The notes under the pieces are model-generated. The model was given only the letters and a program-made list of their open reading frames with translations. It had not been told where the DNA came from and did no database searches. Of a stretch of DNA of 64,000 nt, positions 17,801-27,866 are shown piece by piece; within the stretch, counting starts at the first letter, position 1; every line of letters starts with the position of its first letter. A program made the translations under genes and the position numbers. The stretch is from an uncultured Verrucomicrobiae bacterium. GTDB lineage: Bacteria > Verrucomicrobiota > Verrucomicrobiia > Chthoniobacterales > JAFAMB01. Location of the stretch: positions 480,001 to 544,000 of the forward strand of contig CAVXLD010000001.1 of the NCBI GenBank assembly GCA_963762565.1, in the 5' to 3' direction.

Positions 17801-19126
17801 ATGACCGACTCTATGTCTCTCCCGGTTTTTGATGCCGGGCCCGATTATCTTGAGACCTATTTTCCCCAAGACGCTTTTCCAAAGTACGGCTGGTCGAGTT
17901 TACCATCCAACTTGCCGGCCCAAGCCTGGACCACCGAGACGACCCATCGAGATGGTCAACAAGGCGGGTTACCTTTCACCGCCAAACAGAGCGTCGAAGT
18001 CTACCAAATTCTGTGTGATTTCACCGGAAAATCCGGCGCCATCCGGCAAGCGGAATTCTTTGTTTATCGAGCGCAAGACCTGTCCGCCCTGCGGGCCATT
18101 CAAGAGAAGTATGCCGGCGGAGCTCCGATTGAGCCGACCACCTGGATCCGCGCTTCCACGACTGACGTCGCTCTCATTAAGCAGTTAGGCATCGCCGAGT
18201 CCGGCCTGCTAGCGTCGATATCTGACTATCACGTTTTTCATAAATTCCGACCGGCCGGCCGGCGTTCTGCCGCCTCGAACTATCTCGATGCTGTCAAAAT
18301 GACCTTGGATGCCGGTATCCGTCCTCGGTTACACCTCGAAGACGCTACCCGAGCGGCGCCTGCGTTTTTGGCCGGTTTCGTTGAAGCAGTAATGGAAACT
18401 GCTTCCAACTATCCACCAGCGCTTTGCCCCAAGTTCCGAGTCTGCGATACTCTCGGGCTCGGACTTCCCTACGACGACATACCGCTCCCACGCAGTGTAC
18501 CAAAGCTCATTCGGGAATTTTTCCGGATCGGTGTACAATCGCAAAACCTCGAATTTCACCCCCATAACGATACCGGCTTGGTACTGGCCAATTCCCTTGC
18601 CGCGATTCGCGCGGGATGCAGCGCCATCAACGGCGCCTGTCTGGGGAAAGGGGAACGAACCGGCAACGCGTCTCTGGAACTGATTTTGTTACATTTGATG
18701 GGGATGGGGTATTTCGGCGCCGAACAACCAGAATTTCGAGTACTCAACCGCTTAGTCGACCTATACGCAGACCTGGCACAACCGATCAGTGAAAAATATC
18801 CGTTATACGGCCGAGACGCCCATCGGACTCGAGCGGGAATCCACGCCGACGGCCTCAACAAGTTCTGGCTAATGTACGCTCCGTTCAATGTTCCCGCCCT
18901 CCTTGGCCGGCCCTTAGAGGTATCATTGACCAAAGATTCAGGGCTTGCCGGCCTGATCTTCGTAGTTAATCAACAACTCCATCGGCAGCTGGATAAGAAC
19001 GATCCCACGCTCTTGGAAGCGAACCGTTGGATTATGCGGGAGTTCGATGGCGGCCGCCAGACTGCCATCGAGTGGGAAGAGATATCACATTTTTTCAGCG
19101 GAATCGGAAATCATTGTGCCGCCTAG
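17801..19126 (+). CDS. DRE-TIM metallolyase, Re-citrate synthase-like
   Basis: ETTHRDGQQ, GAIRQAEFFVY, TTWIRA, SISDYH, RPRLHLEDATRA, CDTLGLG, HPHND, GERTGN, TRAGIHADG, as recalled for clostridial Re-citrate synthase. Confidence 0.8.
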   Translation: MTDSMSLPVFDAGPDYLETYFPQDAFPKYGWSSLPSNLPAQAWTTETTHRDGQQGGLPFTAKQSVEVYQILCDFTGKSGAIRQAEFFVYRAQDLSALRAIQEKYAGGAPIEPTTWIRASTTDVALIKQLGIAESGLLASISDYHVFHKFRPAGRRSAASNYLDAVKMTLDAGIRPRLHLEDATRAAPAFLAGFVEAVMETASNYPPALCPKFRVCDTLGLGLPYDDIPLPRSVPKLIREFFRIGVQSQNLEFHPHNDTGLVLANSLAAIRAGCSAINGACLGKGERTGNASLELILLHLMGMGYFGAEQPEFRVLNRLVDLYADLAQPISEKYPLYGRDAHRTRAGIHADGLNKFWLMYAPFNVPALLGRPLEVSLTKDSGLAGLIFVVNQQLHRQLDKNDPTLLEANRWIMREFDGGRQTAIEWEEISHFFSGIGNHCAA

Positions 19127-20236
19127 ATTCGCCGGAGGATCGCCCAAGTGAATTTTGCCGGTCTTGGATAACAGAACGGAGACCCAACGGGTTGCTCTAA
19201 AGTTAGCGAGTATAATTACGAGAATCACGGTAAGTGGGACACAGAGGAACGCGCCTACTATCCCCCAAACTGTGCCCCACAAAATCAAGGCGATAATGAC
19301 CGTCAACGGACTGAGGTTGAGGGTTTCACCCATGATATTTGGCTCCACAATATTTCCCATAAACATGGCGATGGCTGTGATACCGATGCCTACCGCCAAG
19401 CAGGGCCCAATATGATCGAACTGAACCGCAGCCAATAATGTTGGAAAAAGGGTTGCAACGATCACACCGATCGTCGGGATGAAGTGAAGAATAAAGATTA
19501 GCAGCGCCCAAAACTCGGCAAAATCCAGACCCACGATTCGCATCAGAATATACGCCAAAATCGCGCTGGTTAGACTGACCGCCGTCTTAACCCCCAGATA
19601 AGTATGAATATCCCGGTCGATGCGCTGCATCATCTGCAACACATGTTGCCGGCGTGACCGATTCGGAAACAGCGCAGTCAGCTTGGCGGGTAGAAACCTT
19701 AGTTCGATCAAGATAAATAACGAATAGAGGAACACCAAGACGGTGCTCTCGAGCACATCAGCGACGGATCGGGCCAAGTCGGTAAAAAATCCTTTCAGAT
19801 CCAGTGACCGGAACACCCCCAGGAGCTCTGGTGGTTCTTCCAAGCCGAACTGGCTGAAAACCTCGGTCTGCAGTTGTTGCAATCGAGCCTGATATTTAGG
19901 AGCAGCTGCAGCCACATGAAAAGCATTGTTCGCAACGATCGACGTCAAGGCGCAACCCACGCCGAAAATCAAAACGAACGAAACAATCACCGTTAACAGC
20001 TTAGGGATTTTATGCCCGGCAATCTGAACCCGTCCCACCAGCCGGCTGAGAATATCAACGAGGTAGACGACGAGAAACGAGATAACCAGCGGAACGAAGA
20101 AATGCCGGCCCAGGCTTAATATATAATAAAAGGCGATAGCGATGGCCAAGCCGCAGGCCGTCGTAATCAGGCGGCGAAAACCGCTGGATGATCGAATTGG
20201 AGCAGAGGGTTCACTCATTTGAGTCCGGAGAATCAT
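19085..20236 (-). CDS. AI-2E family transporter
   Basis: Multi-TM; FIPTIG, GNIVEPNIMG..LNLSP, WG.VWGIVGAFLCVPLT. Confidence 0.9.
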   Translation of the reverse strand: MILRTQMSEPSAPIRSSSGFRRLITTACGLAIAIAFYYILSLGRHFFVPLVISFLVVYLVDILSRLVGRVQIAGHKIPKLLTVIVSFVLIFGVGCALTSIVANNAFHVAAAAPKYQARLQQLQTEVFSQFGLEEPPELLGVFRSLDLKGFFTDLARSVADVLESTVLVFLYSLFILIELRFLPAKLTALFPNRSRRQHVLQMMQRIDRDIHTYLGVKTAVSLTSAILAYILMRIVGLDFAEFWALLIFILHFIPTIGVIVATLFPTLLAAVQFDHIGPCLAVGIGITAIAMFMGNIVEPNIMGETLNLSPLTVIIALILWGTVWGIVGAFLCVPLTVILVIILANFRATRWVSVLLSKTGKIHLGDPPANLGGTMISDSAEKM

Positions 20237-20349
20237 AGCCGGTATCGACTGGTCGGTTCAACCCCAGGTTGCATGCCGAGAATCCCGAATCCGCGCCGAT
20301 ACCAGAGAGACTCGCGGCTTGCCGCGATTAAGTGCTGTTGGGCCCAAGG

Positions 20350-20630
20350 TTGGTAGGGCGAGGCTCCGTTCGCTGGTGTTCACAAGGATGGGCCCCGCAT
20401 GCTATCAGGGATCTCCATTGGGCCAGAGAGACCGCCGAGTCGCGGTCTATCGTGTCCTTGCTCTGTGATGTCACGGGCCTGGATAAGCAACCAACAAAAT
20501 CTACGCCGTCAATAGGTGGCACACCATAGACCGCGGCTCGGCAGCTTTCTGGCCTGAGCACGTGACTTAGCCATTCACACCGATCGCCTCGCGAGCGTCT
20601 CGAGATCATTCCGGAGCCTCGCCCCACCAA
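20350..20630. repeat. Family B REP doublet with loop inserts
   Basis: ttggtagggcgaggctcc ... ggagcctcgccccaccaa with inner gccgagtcgcggtctat / atagaccgcggctcggc. Confidence 0.8.
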
Positions 20631-20633
20631 AAA

Positions 20634-21542
20634 CTACTCCAACACCAAACATCCTCCGGTGGGATCAAAGCGGAAAACCCCGTGCTCAGGCGTTCGCCCT
20701 GTCAATGCCCAGGGCAAGCTGGCAGAGTTGAACTGTCGATCGACTTCCTGGCGCAACATACGCGCCCCAAACGCTCTGCTGTAACCTACTCGGAGTAGAA
20801 ACGCGGTCGCTGGCCCGCCATCGATCCCGAGCGCCCTCCCGAAGAAAATCGATAGTACCCCCAACTTTTGTCTGATCAGCTTGTACAGGATCGCTTTCTG
20901 TGTCTCCAGATCGAGCGGACGGAAAACAATTCGTTCCGAAATTCTCGCGAACAACTCCGGCCGCAACGATTGAGCAGCCACATCCAGCGCGACTCGCTCC
21001 ATGGTTGAGTAGGGAGCATTCTCCATTTTGGCAAGGTCACCGCTACCAAGATTGCTAGTTAGAACAACGTAGAACCGGTTCACCTTCAGCCTTTCCCCGG
21101 AAGGAGTCGTTAACGCGCCCTCTTCAAGAAGAGAAAGCAGCACATCGATGGTTCGAGGATGCCCTTTTTCTATTTCGTCAAAGAGGAGCGTGGTCCCCTT
21201 CGGATGCCGCCGAATTGCCATCTCACTTCGGTTAAAAAATTCAGTCAGACGCTGGTCAGACGAATATTCGTTCATAAAAATCATCTCGAGCGTCTCTTTG
21301 GACCCGAAGATCGCCTCGGTAAAACATTTGGCCGATTCCGTTTTTCCGACTCCGGTCGGCCCCAGCAAGAGAAAGCTGCCTTTTGGTCTAACGCCAGTAT
21401 CATTCAGACCCAACTCAGCCGCTTGCACCGCTCGACAAATGCGGGCAACCGCCAACCGCTGACCAACGATTCGCTCCTCGAGGATCCTCGGTAAATCCGC
21501 TAAACCAACCGCAGATAAATTGGACGTTAGTTGTCGCTCCAT
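20634..21542 (-). CDS. Single-domain ClpA/ClpB D2-like AAA+ ATPase
   Basis: RIVGQ, LLLGPTGVGKTE, LLFDEIEK, LTSNLG, RPELFARI, FGARMLR; start set at ATG 21542. Confidence 0.9.
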   Translation of the reverse strand: MERQLTSNLSAVGLADLPRILEERIVGQRLAVARICRAVQAAELGLNDTGVRPKGSFLLLGPTGVGKTESAKCFTEAIFGSKETLEMIFMNEYSSDQRLTEFFNRSEMAIRRHPKGTTLLFDEIEKGHPRTIDVLLSLLEEGALTTPSGERLKVNRFYVVLTSNLGSGDLAKMENAPYSTMERVALDVAAQSLRPELFARISERIVFRPLDLETQKAILYKLIRQKLGVLSIFFGRALGIDGGPATAFLLRVGYSRAFGARMLRQEVDRQFNSASLPWALTGRTPEHGVFRFDPTGGCLVLE

Positions 21543-21829
21543 TTCTCGGACTGATACGCTCCTGGACCTAAAAAAGTTTTCCGAGGCATTCAATATCCGC
21601 AGATTTCGCAGATTACTCAGATTTCGGTTTGGGGTCTGATATGCCAGGGAGTTATTGAACTGTGTCTTCGGGAACATCTTCCTTAGCGAGCTTCGCTCTC
21701 CGGTGGAAACCGTCTGCAAGCGCCACGTTTTTGCTACGTCCCTGACAGCGCCCAACCCCAAAACGAAATCTGCGTAATCTGCGAATATTCCTTTTCTTAA
21801 AATCAGCGATCCGCGGTTCAACTCTCCTC

Positions 21830-22486
21830 TCAGTTCCCCGGACGGACTACCACTCCGCCGGCGTCGGTTCGGGCTACGTTGTTATCTGCGGTTGGGCTCG
21901 GGCTAGCCGCGGGTTGAGTTTCCAATTTTTTCATTCGCTCGTTCAAAAGCCCAACTGCCGCAGTCAGTTTGCGCTGCCCATCCAACGTCTGCTCAGCTAA
22001 AGATTGGACATTGCTAGCCACCTTCTGCTGTCCGTCCCGCATCGACTGAAGGTCCTTGTTCGCATCTTGTAATCCCCGTTTGGCTTCTGCCAGATCCCGA
22101 GCTGTTTCACCGGGTTGAGGTTCAGGCGCATATTCCGGTCGATGAAGACCCAGAATCGGACCTAACAAAATTTCGCCGGACTGATTCTTGGATCGTGTAA
22201 CCCAGGCCGGTTTCTGTTCGATCCGGTAGATCGCGTGCCTTTCGTGCATGATCCGCGGATCAGCGGGATCGACATACCGATTCACTCCGTAGACCTTCAC
22301 CTGCTCCGATTGCCGCACATTGGTAACGGCCCCGATTAGTCCTTTTGGGGTGGCAGCTCTGGGAACAGAGTCCGATTGAACCAATCGACGACCTGCCGGT
22401 AACACGACGACCTGGGGTTCAGGTTCTGCACAGCCTGCCAGGAGCGAGGCGGTGAGCAGAAAAGGAAGTATTGACACTTTATACAT
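21830..22486 (-). CDS. T4SS-operon lipoprotein with coiled coil
   Basis: Lipobox LLAGC; tightly linked to the virB10-like gene. Confidence 0.75.
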   Translation of the reverse strand: MYKVSILPFLLTASLLAGCAEPEPQVVVLPAGRRLVQSDSVPRAATPKGLIGAVTNVRQSEQVKVYGVNRYVDPADPRIMHERHAIYRIEQKPAWVTRSKNQSGEILLGPILGLHRPEYAPEPQPGETARDLAEAKRGLQDANKDLQSMRDGQQKVASNVQSLAEQTLDGQRKLTAAVGLLNERMKKLETQPAASPSPTADNNVARTDAGGVVVRPGN

Positions 22487-22492
22487 ACAGTC

Positions 22493-23641
22493 TCATTTTA
22501 TGTTTTGATTTGTCGAACCAAATACGGGCAGCAGCGGGTTCAGCAGACTAGCCGCGTCCGCAGGTGACGCTTTGCGAACTTGTTCCTGAGCTTTCTGAGC
22601 TAGATCGGCCTGTCGGCGCGCCTCTCGTTCGTCGTCTCCTCCCACTCTCGCCCGATCGAGATCAATCGCTTCCATGCAGTAAACATAGAACTGCTTCCCT
22701 GCCGGGACCCGAACGAAGAAGCCGTCTCGTTCAATGGTTTGAGCGATCTGATCGGCGTATCGATCCAGCACACTCTGGGTAGCGCCTACCGCAGGATTGA
22801 CCACTCCGCCCTGAAGCGCGCTGAGACCGAGAGAGCTGCTGTTGGTATAGACGCGATTCCCAAGGACACCTGAACTTCCCGTGGAAAAAGCTCCGGCAAT
22901 CCCGCTAATCAACGACGCTGCGTACAACTTGATCACGTCGTTGTTAGCAGTTCTGATCACATCTCCCCTTAAACCCGCGCTGCCATCCGTGATACCATAG
23001 GTATCAAATTCATCGTCCTTCTCCATATCAAGAGCGATACCGCGCACCACCAGTTCTCGGCCTCTGCCGTCCGGTTCGTTCAAAACAAACGTGAACTCGC
23101 CTTGGCTGGCAATGCGTTCCCTCACGGTATCGACAGTGGCTACGCTATGCACTTCGGAGTTGGATCGGATGATCGTCTTGCCGTTCCAACACAGATCCTC
23201 AGTCACTAACCCAATGATGGGAGTCGTCAGATTACTTGAATCAACAGTGTTAACGAGTTGGCATTTAACCAGGCGAAATGCTGGCGCATAGTCGCCACCC
23301 AGACCGGCACGAGGTTTGTCTGGCTGCTCTTCTGCAGCAAATATGGTCAATGATCGGACCCCTGTAGCCTTGGACGGCTCCTGCTCGATCGAACGCGGGA
23401 GCGAAACTTGAACCGGGGCGGGGACTTCTCTTCGGGTCCGGATTTGGCTTGGTGCTACCGGATTGAAATTTCGCAGCGTGCTGGTCATCGGTTCAGTGAC
23501 CTTCACCAAGTCCTTCGTGACTTGAGCCTGGCGATTGGCAATTCCGGCAGGGCCGTTACCGTGCCACAGGGTATACATAAAGGTCCCCGCAATCGAAGCG
23601 AACGCGACTAACGTCACGGAAATTGTTTTTCTATTCAGCAT
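22493..23641 (-). CDS. TrbI/VirB10-like protein
   Basis: N-terminal TM, Pro-rich linker, CQLVNTVDSS..TPIIGLV, DGSAGLRG, VRVPAGKQFYVY. Confidence 0.8.
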   Translation of the reverse strand: MLNRKTISVTLVAFASIAGTFMYTLWHGNGPAGIANRQAQVTKDLVKVTEPMTSTLRNFNPVAPSQIRTRREVPAPVQVSLPRSIEQEPSKATGVRSLTIFAAEEQPDKPRAGLGGDYAPAFRLVKCQLVNTVDSSNLTTPIIGLVTEDLCWNGKTIIRSNSEVHSVATVDTVRERIASQGEFTFVLNEPDGRGRELVVRGIALDMEKDDEFDTYGITDGSAGLRGDVIRTANNDVIKLYAASLISGIAGAFSTGSSGVLGNRVYTNSSSLGLSALQGGVVNPAVGATQSVLDRYADQIAQTIERDGFFVRVPAGKQFYVYCMEAIDLDRARVGGDDEREARRQADLAQKAQEQVRKASPADAASLLNPLLPVFGSTNQNIK

Positions 23642-24710
23642 GCTGAGCAACCTGGTTGGCCGCCGGTGACGGGGTGGGATCAGGCGAATTTTTCGATTCC
23701 TTACGAACCCGATGGAGAGTTCTCTTACCCGAGGAAGACTTAGGATGGCTAGCTCGATTGCCTTCGTCACCGGCCGAATCCGATGTACCGGACTCTGCCG
23801 TCGGTAAAGTGCTGGGCGGTTCCTGCCATTCGGCCGACCGCTTCTTCGGATCGCCTTCCTGGATTTGCCGGAGAACCACTTCAAACTTATTGGTTACGGC
23901 AAGATCGTTTCTGCCGCCGGTTGCACTTCCCGTTACGATAAAAAAAGCGGTCTGCGCTTTCCCGGCTGGAACCAAGCCACCCGCGTCCGATACGGATTGT
24001 TGATAAACATCATTGCCAACCCGAACTCCGAATCCTTCGGGATCATAAAAGAAATCCTTGTCCGTCTTGTTAGCGAGTTGAATCTCGAAACCCAGCGAGT
24101 CCAAGGCATCATCTCTGATAACTCGCCTTACATTGACGTCGATTCCGTCAGCTCCGGAATTAGTGTTGGGCTCAGCCACGTCCATATTCTGGTAAACTTC
24201 GGGCGCACTAACTTTGAGCGTGGGAAACGCCTTCACTTTGTCCAGGAAACCTAACAAACGGGCCGGAGAGACCTGCTTCACCGTTTGCTGCGGGGTCCGC
24301 CCGCCCGCATCTCCGGAATGCCCGCCTTCGCTTTCCCGAAAAATGACCACGAAACAAGGATCAGCCGCCTCTTTACAATATAGGGCGTAGACTTTCCCTC
24401 CCAGCACAACGGTTAGGTTGCCTTCCACTCCAGTGCGGACCGCTTTCAACGATAAAAAATTAGTCCCTTTGTTAAACGAAATCTGAAACAGATCTGGACC
24501 ATCCGGAGCCGGATTAGTGTTGAATCCAAATCCGTCCAAAGCTTCGATTTTCTCAGGGAATTCGACGGTCGTGATTCCGTGAGTGCCAAGCCTGATCTCA
24601 GCGGGTTGGTCTTGGCTCAGAGATAAACGAACCACTTTTGAGGACAGACTATCGTCTGCAAAAGCCAGCAGCGGTATAACCCCGCCGATTATCGCTAGAA
24701 TCAATCGCAT
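23631..24710 (-). CDS. VirB9/TraK-like periplasmic T4SS protein
   Basis: Signal peptide, ITTVEFPEKI motif, beta-rich, position upstream of virB10. Confidence 0.6.
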   Translation of the reverse strand: MRLILAIIGGVIPLLAFADDSLSSKVVRLSLSQDQPAEIRLGTHGITTVEFPEKIEALDGFGFNTNPAPDGPDLFQISFNKGTNFLSLKAVRTGVEGNLTVVLGGKVYALYCKEAADPCFVVIFRESEGGHSGDAGGRTPQQTVKQVSPARLLGFLDKVKAFPTLKVSAPEVYQNMDVAEPNTNSGADGIDVNVRRVIRDDALDSLGFEIQLANKTDKDFFYDPEGFGVRVGNDVYQQSVSDAGGLVPAGKAQTAFFIVTGSATGGRNDLAVTNKFEVVLRQIQEGDPKKRSAEWQEPPSTLPTAESGTSDSAGDEGNRASHPKSSSGKRTLHRVRKESKNSPDPTPSPAANQVAQHAE

Positions 24711-24711
24711 A

Positions 24712-25509
24712 CTATTTATTTTCTGTGGTTTGCACGCTTAGTGTCTCTGGCTGTCCGAAAGCATAATCGACGACAGCAAAGGGATACCGTTGATTTCTCC
24801 CTAGAAAAGGATTGCGCACGAGCTTCAGGTTGAGAGCAATCGGTTGTGGCTGATCCACCTGTTGGTCACCGATCTGTGCCTGGGTCAGGATTTGCCCAAT
24901 CACTCGACTCATTACAATACCACCCCCGATTCGTTGCAGGTCTATCCTAGCAATCTCCAATTTTTGATGAATACTTTTTTTCTTAAATTCGTCTGCGAGG
25001 CCTTTAAATTCGTTCTTTGCCTTCTCGGCAGCTTCGGGCAGGAAGACTCGGTTAAGGGTGTCGGGTGCATCGAATCCCTGCGGATCGCGATCGAGGAAGG
25101 ATTTAGCGGCCCAGTACGAGACGGTGTTCAAAATCTCGTCGCTCTGTTCCACCGGCACCAAAGGAGCGATGATAAGCGACTCGGTGCCGTCCATGAGAGC
25201 GACTTTTTCCGGTTTAGTCATCGCAGTGACCAGGTAGATCGGCACAATCACATGAGCGATCAGCGACAAGATCAGGGCTATCCAGAGCAAGCGAGTGGTT
25301 CGGTTAGCAGCCGCCAACCGATTCGCCGCATGGTTACGTTGCATTGCAGCGTCAGCTCTGGCATCGCGGCTAACCTCCGTCGCCTCTAACGACTCCTCAT
25401 CCAGGCCCATCGATCGAGTCCGATTCATGTCAGACGCCGGCGTCTCTTCCCGCGCCGGGTCGATTCGGTTCTCGACCGATGTCTGGGCGTTTTCAGGTCT
25501 CGCTTTCAT
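24712..25509 (-). CDS. VirB8/TraE-like bitopic T4SS protein
   Basis: Single TM followed by an NTF2-like pattern (RNP...RYPFAVVDY); operon position. Confidence 0.55.
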   Translation of the reverse strand: MKARPENAQTSVENRIDPAREETPASDMNRTRSMGLDEESLEATEVSRDARADAAMQRNHAANRLAAANRTTRLLWIALILSLIAHVIVPIYLVTAMTKPEKVALMDGTESLIIAPLVPVEQSDEILNTVSYWAAKSFLDRDPQGFDAPDTLNRVFLPEAAEKAKNEFKGLADEFKKKSIHQKLEIARIDLQRIGGGIVMSRVIGQILTQAQIGDQQVDQPQPIALNLKLVRNPFLGRNQRYPFAVVDYAFGQPETLSVQTTENK

Positions 25510-25537
25510 ACGAAACTCGTAGAGATCACATCAGACC

Positions 25538-27004
25538 TCAGGGAGTTGACTGGTTCTGTTTCAAATAGTTTGCAGCCCGCTGAGAGGATCGATTTGGTGG
25601 GTTTCGCTTCACCTGCGGCAAAGACAAATATCTCTCCGGTCCAATTCGGTTACCGCTCGCGTCCGCCACAAGAGCGCCTAGCGTACTTGCCATGTTGCCC
25701 GCCGTCCTCGAGACAAACTCGCCGGCTCCCATGACCTTTGCGATGCCGGTGTCTAAGGTCCGCGCTTTGTCTCCGGTCACTGCGTCCGAACGTCCGCTCT
25801 CTTCGATCCCGCGGTACCCAGGTAAGAAGTAGTCGAGCCATTCGTCACCGCTTGCTCCCTGCTGCCCGCCGGACCCATTTCCCTGGTTACCAGTGTTATT
25901 AATCGATTGAGACCCAGAGTTCCCCTTGCCGCCGGTGCTCTTTATAGCGCCGACGGGTTGGTTTGCTCCCCTGGCGAGACCAAACCCCAGTCCGAAGACT
26001 GAACCACTCACCCCACCGACCGCCGAGATCATGGCGCCGACGAAGCCCTGTATCTCCGCCCCGCCGCGGACCACTATCTTCTGAGTGTAGAACGGTGCTA
26101 GGACATGGCCAATCATGACCCAAAGAAGAACCGGAACGCACCAAAGAATGGCGATGAGCAATTGGCCCAGGTTTTCCTGGTTCGGCGCAATCAAATTCTG
26201 GCAAAGCGCAATAGTAACGACGTTAACAAAAACCCAGCCAATCGGCCAACATTGCACACCAAGATAGGTCTTGAAAAACGCTTCTGCTTGGCCCCGTAGA
26301 CTTGGAATGGAGAATTCAGCAAAACCAATCGGCACATACAGACCGAGAAAAACGAGAATGCAGCTCTGCAGTACTTCCATCAAAACTACGATCAACTCAC
26401 AAAGCAAGAGAGCGAGTAAGAAGATTGTATATAAGACTGCGCACAATGCGTGCGTGACAGTCGATAGAGCATTTTGCCAAACCGCTTGGCCGGATTGCTG
26501 AAGCTGACTCACCGGGTTGAACCAATTTAGTAACTGCTGCAATCCACCGGATGATTGAGCCTGCGAATTCGCCGGCTGTGTGCTCTGACCTTGCACTGGT
26601 GCTGTTATGGAGGCGACAGCCTTTGACTCGAGTAGCTGTGTCAGGGCGCCAATATCCATCCTGGCACTGGTCGTCATCGTTTTATTATTCGTAAGGGCTC
26701 CGAAATTGGCCGTGATCTGCAGGCTGCAAACAGCGTTTACCGCGTTACTGACTATCCCGGTAACCAGTGTCCAATTCCCAATCAATAAGACCAAGATTAC
26801 GACTCGTACCAGGTTTCCGAAAAAATGCCGGAGATCATTTTGCATAAACCCGCGCATTGTTCCGAAAACCAAGAGCACAAACGCCACACAAAGAAAGATG
26901 GGCTCAATCTGGTTGGCTACATTTTGCATCCCGGTCACGATCGCTGTCAGTCCCGTCGCGAAGGAGGCCACGGAAGATAACATTGACGAAAACGGCGTGG
27001 GCAT
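25538..27004 (-). CDS. VirB6/TrbL-like polytopic T4SS protein
   Basis: About 6 TM segments and a Gly/Ser-rich C-terminal tail. Confidence 0.65.
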   Translation of the reverse strand: MPTPFSSMLSSVASFATGLTAIVTGMQNVANQIEPIFLCVAFVLLVFGTMRGFMQNDLRHFFGNLVRVVILVLLIGNWTLVTGIVSNAVNAVCSLQITANFGALTNNKTMTTSARMDIGALTQLLESKAVASITAPVQGQSTQPANSQAQSSGGLQQLLNWFNPVSQLQQSGQAVWQNALSTVTHALCAVLYTIFLLALLLCELIVVLMEVLQSCILVFLGLYVPIGFAEFSIPSLRGQAEAFFKTYLGVQCWPIGWVFVNVVTIALCQNLIAPNQENLGQLLIAILWCVPVLLWVMIGHVLAPFYTQKIVVRGGAEIQGFVGAMISAVGGVSGSVFGLGFGLARGANQPVGAIKSTGGKGNSGSQSINNTGNQGNGSGGQQGASGDEWLDYFLPGYRGIEESGRSDAVTGDKARTLDTGIAKVMGAGEFVSRTAGNMASTLGALVADASGNRIGPERYLSLPQVKRNPPNRSSQRAANYLKQNQSTP

Positions 27005-27017
27005 AGCGCGAAGCCTC

Positions 27018-27866
27018 TTACTGGTTCGCCGGGGCAAACATGTTTTTCGCCGCAGCCTGCATCAACATGTCGTCCTCTAACGCTTGTTGCTGCCACTGCT
27101 CTCTCTGCGCCTCTTGCACGCGGGCGGCGTCGTTCTGGTTAGCCGCGTGTTGCACCACTATCTTCTGAGAGTACATGTTTAGCCGCGCCGTCGCGTTGTT
27201 GATATTCGCTTCGACTGCTTGCAGCTGAGATTTCAGCTTTTCAGTCTCAATCAACGAGCTAGCTGAATTTAATTGCTGTAAAATCTGCTGTTTCTGTTGT
27301 AACAAGCCGGCTAAAGCTTGGTTCGCTTGAGTCATTTCAGTGTTAAACGATTGGTACATGTTCTGGACCATGGCGAACTTCGTGAAGTTGTTGGATTGAA
27401 ACTGAATAGGATTACCAAACTGATCTTTCAGCTGACTGAGGTCCTGGTATAAACCGTTCGCTGTATTTTTTAATGCCATGAACCCGTTAGCCGTTTGTTG
27501 AAACCCTGCAACGGAGGTCCCCACTCCATTCATTGTCCTCTGGATATCCGCCACGATCGTGTTGAGCGACAGCATGTTCACGTAAGTCGCCGGATTTCCT
27601 AACCGCTCGAGTGCTTGCACGTTCTGACTGATCATGGCTGTCAACTGGGCGATCTGTTGCGTCTGGTTCTCAATCATCTGCACGTACTTCGCCATGTCCT
27701 CAGCATGCTGCGCCGCTTGCACCACTCGATCGACTACCTGCTGAACCACGTTTTCAGCCGTATTGATCGCGTCATAGACGCTAATCATGGCGTGAGCTGA
27801 ATAGCTGCCCGATACAACGAAGATGACTACTAGCAAAGACTTCAGAACTGTTTTCATGTTATTCAA
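27018..27866 (-). CDS. VirB5/TrbJ-like protein
   Basis: Signal peptide, SVYDAIN motif, Gln-rich helical bundle (MIENQTQQIAQL). Confidence 0.65.
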   Translation of the reverse strand: MNNMKTVLKSLLVVIFVVSGSYSAHAMISVYDAINTAENVVQQVVDRVVQAAQHAEDMAKYVQMIENQTQQIAQLTAMISQNVQALERLGNPATYVNMLSLNTIVADIQRTMNGVGTSVAGFQQTANGFMALKNTANGLYQDLSQLKDQFGNPIQFQSNNFTKFAMVQNMYQSFNTEMTQANQALAGLLQQKQQILQQLNSASSLIETEKLKSQLQAVEANINNATARLNMYSQKIVVQHAANQNDAARVQEAQREQWQQQALEDDMLMQAAAKNMFAPANQ

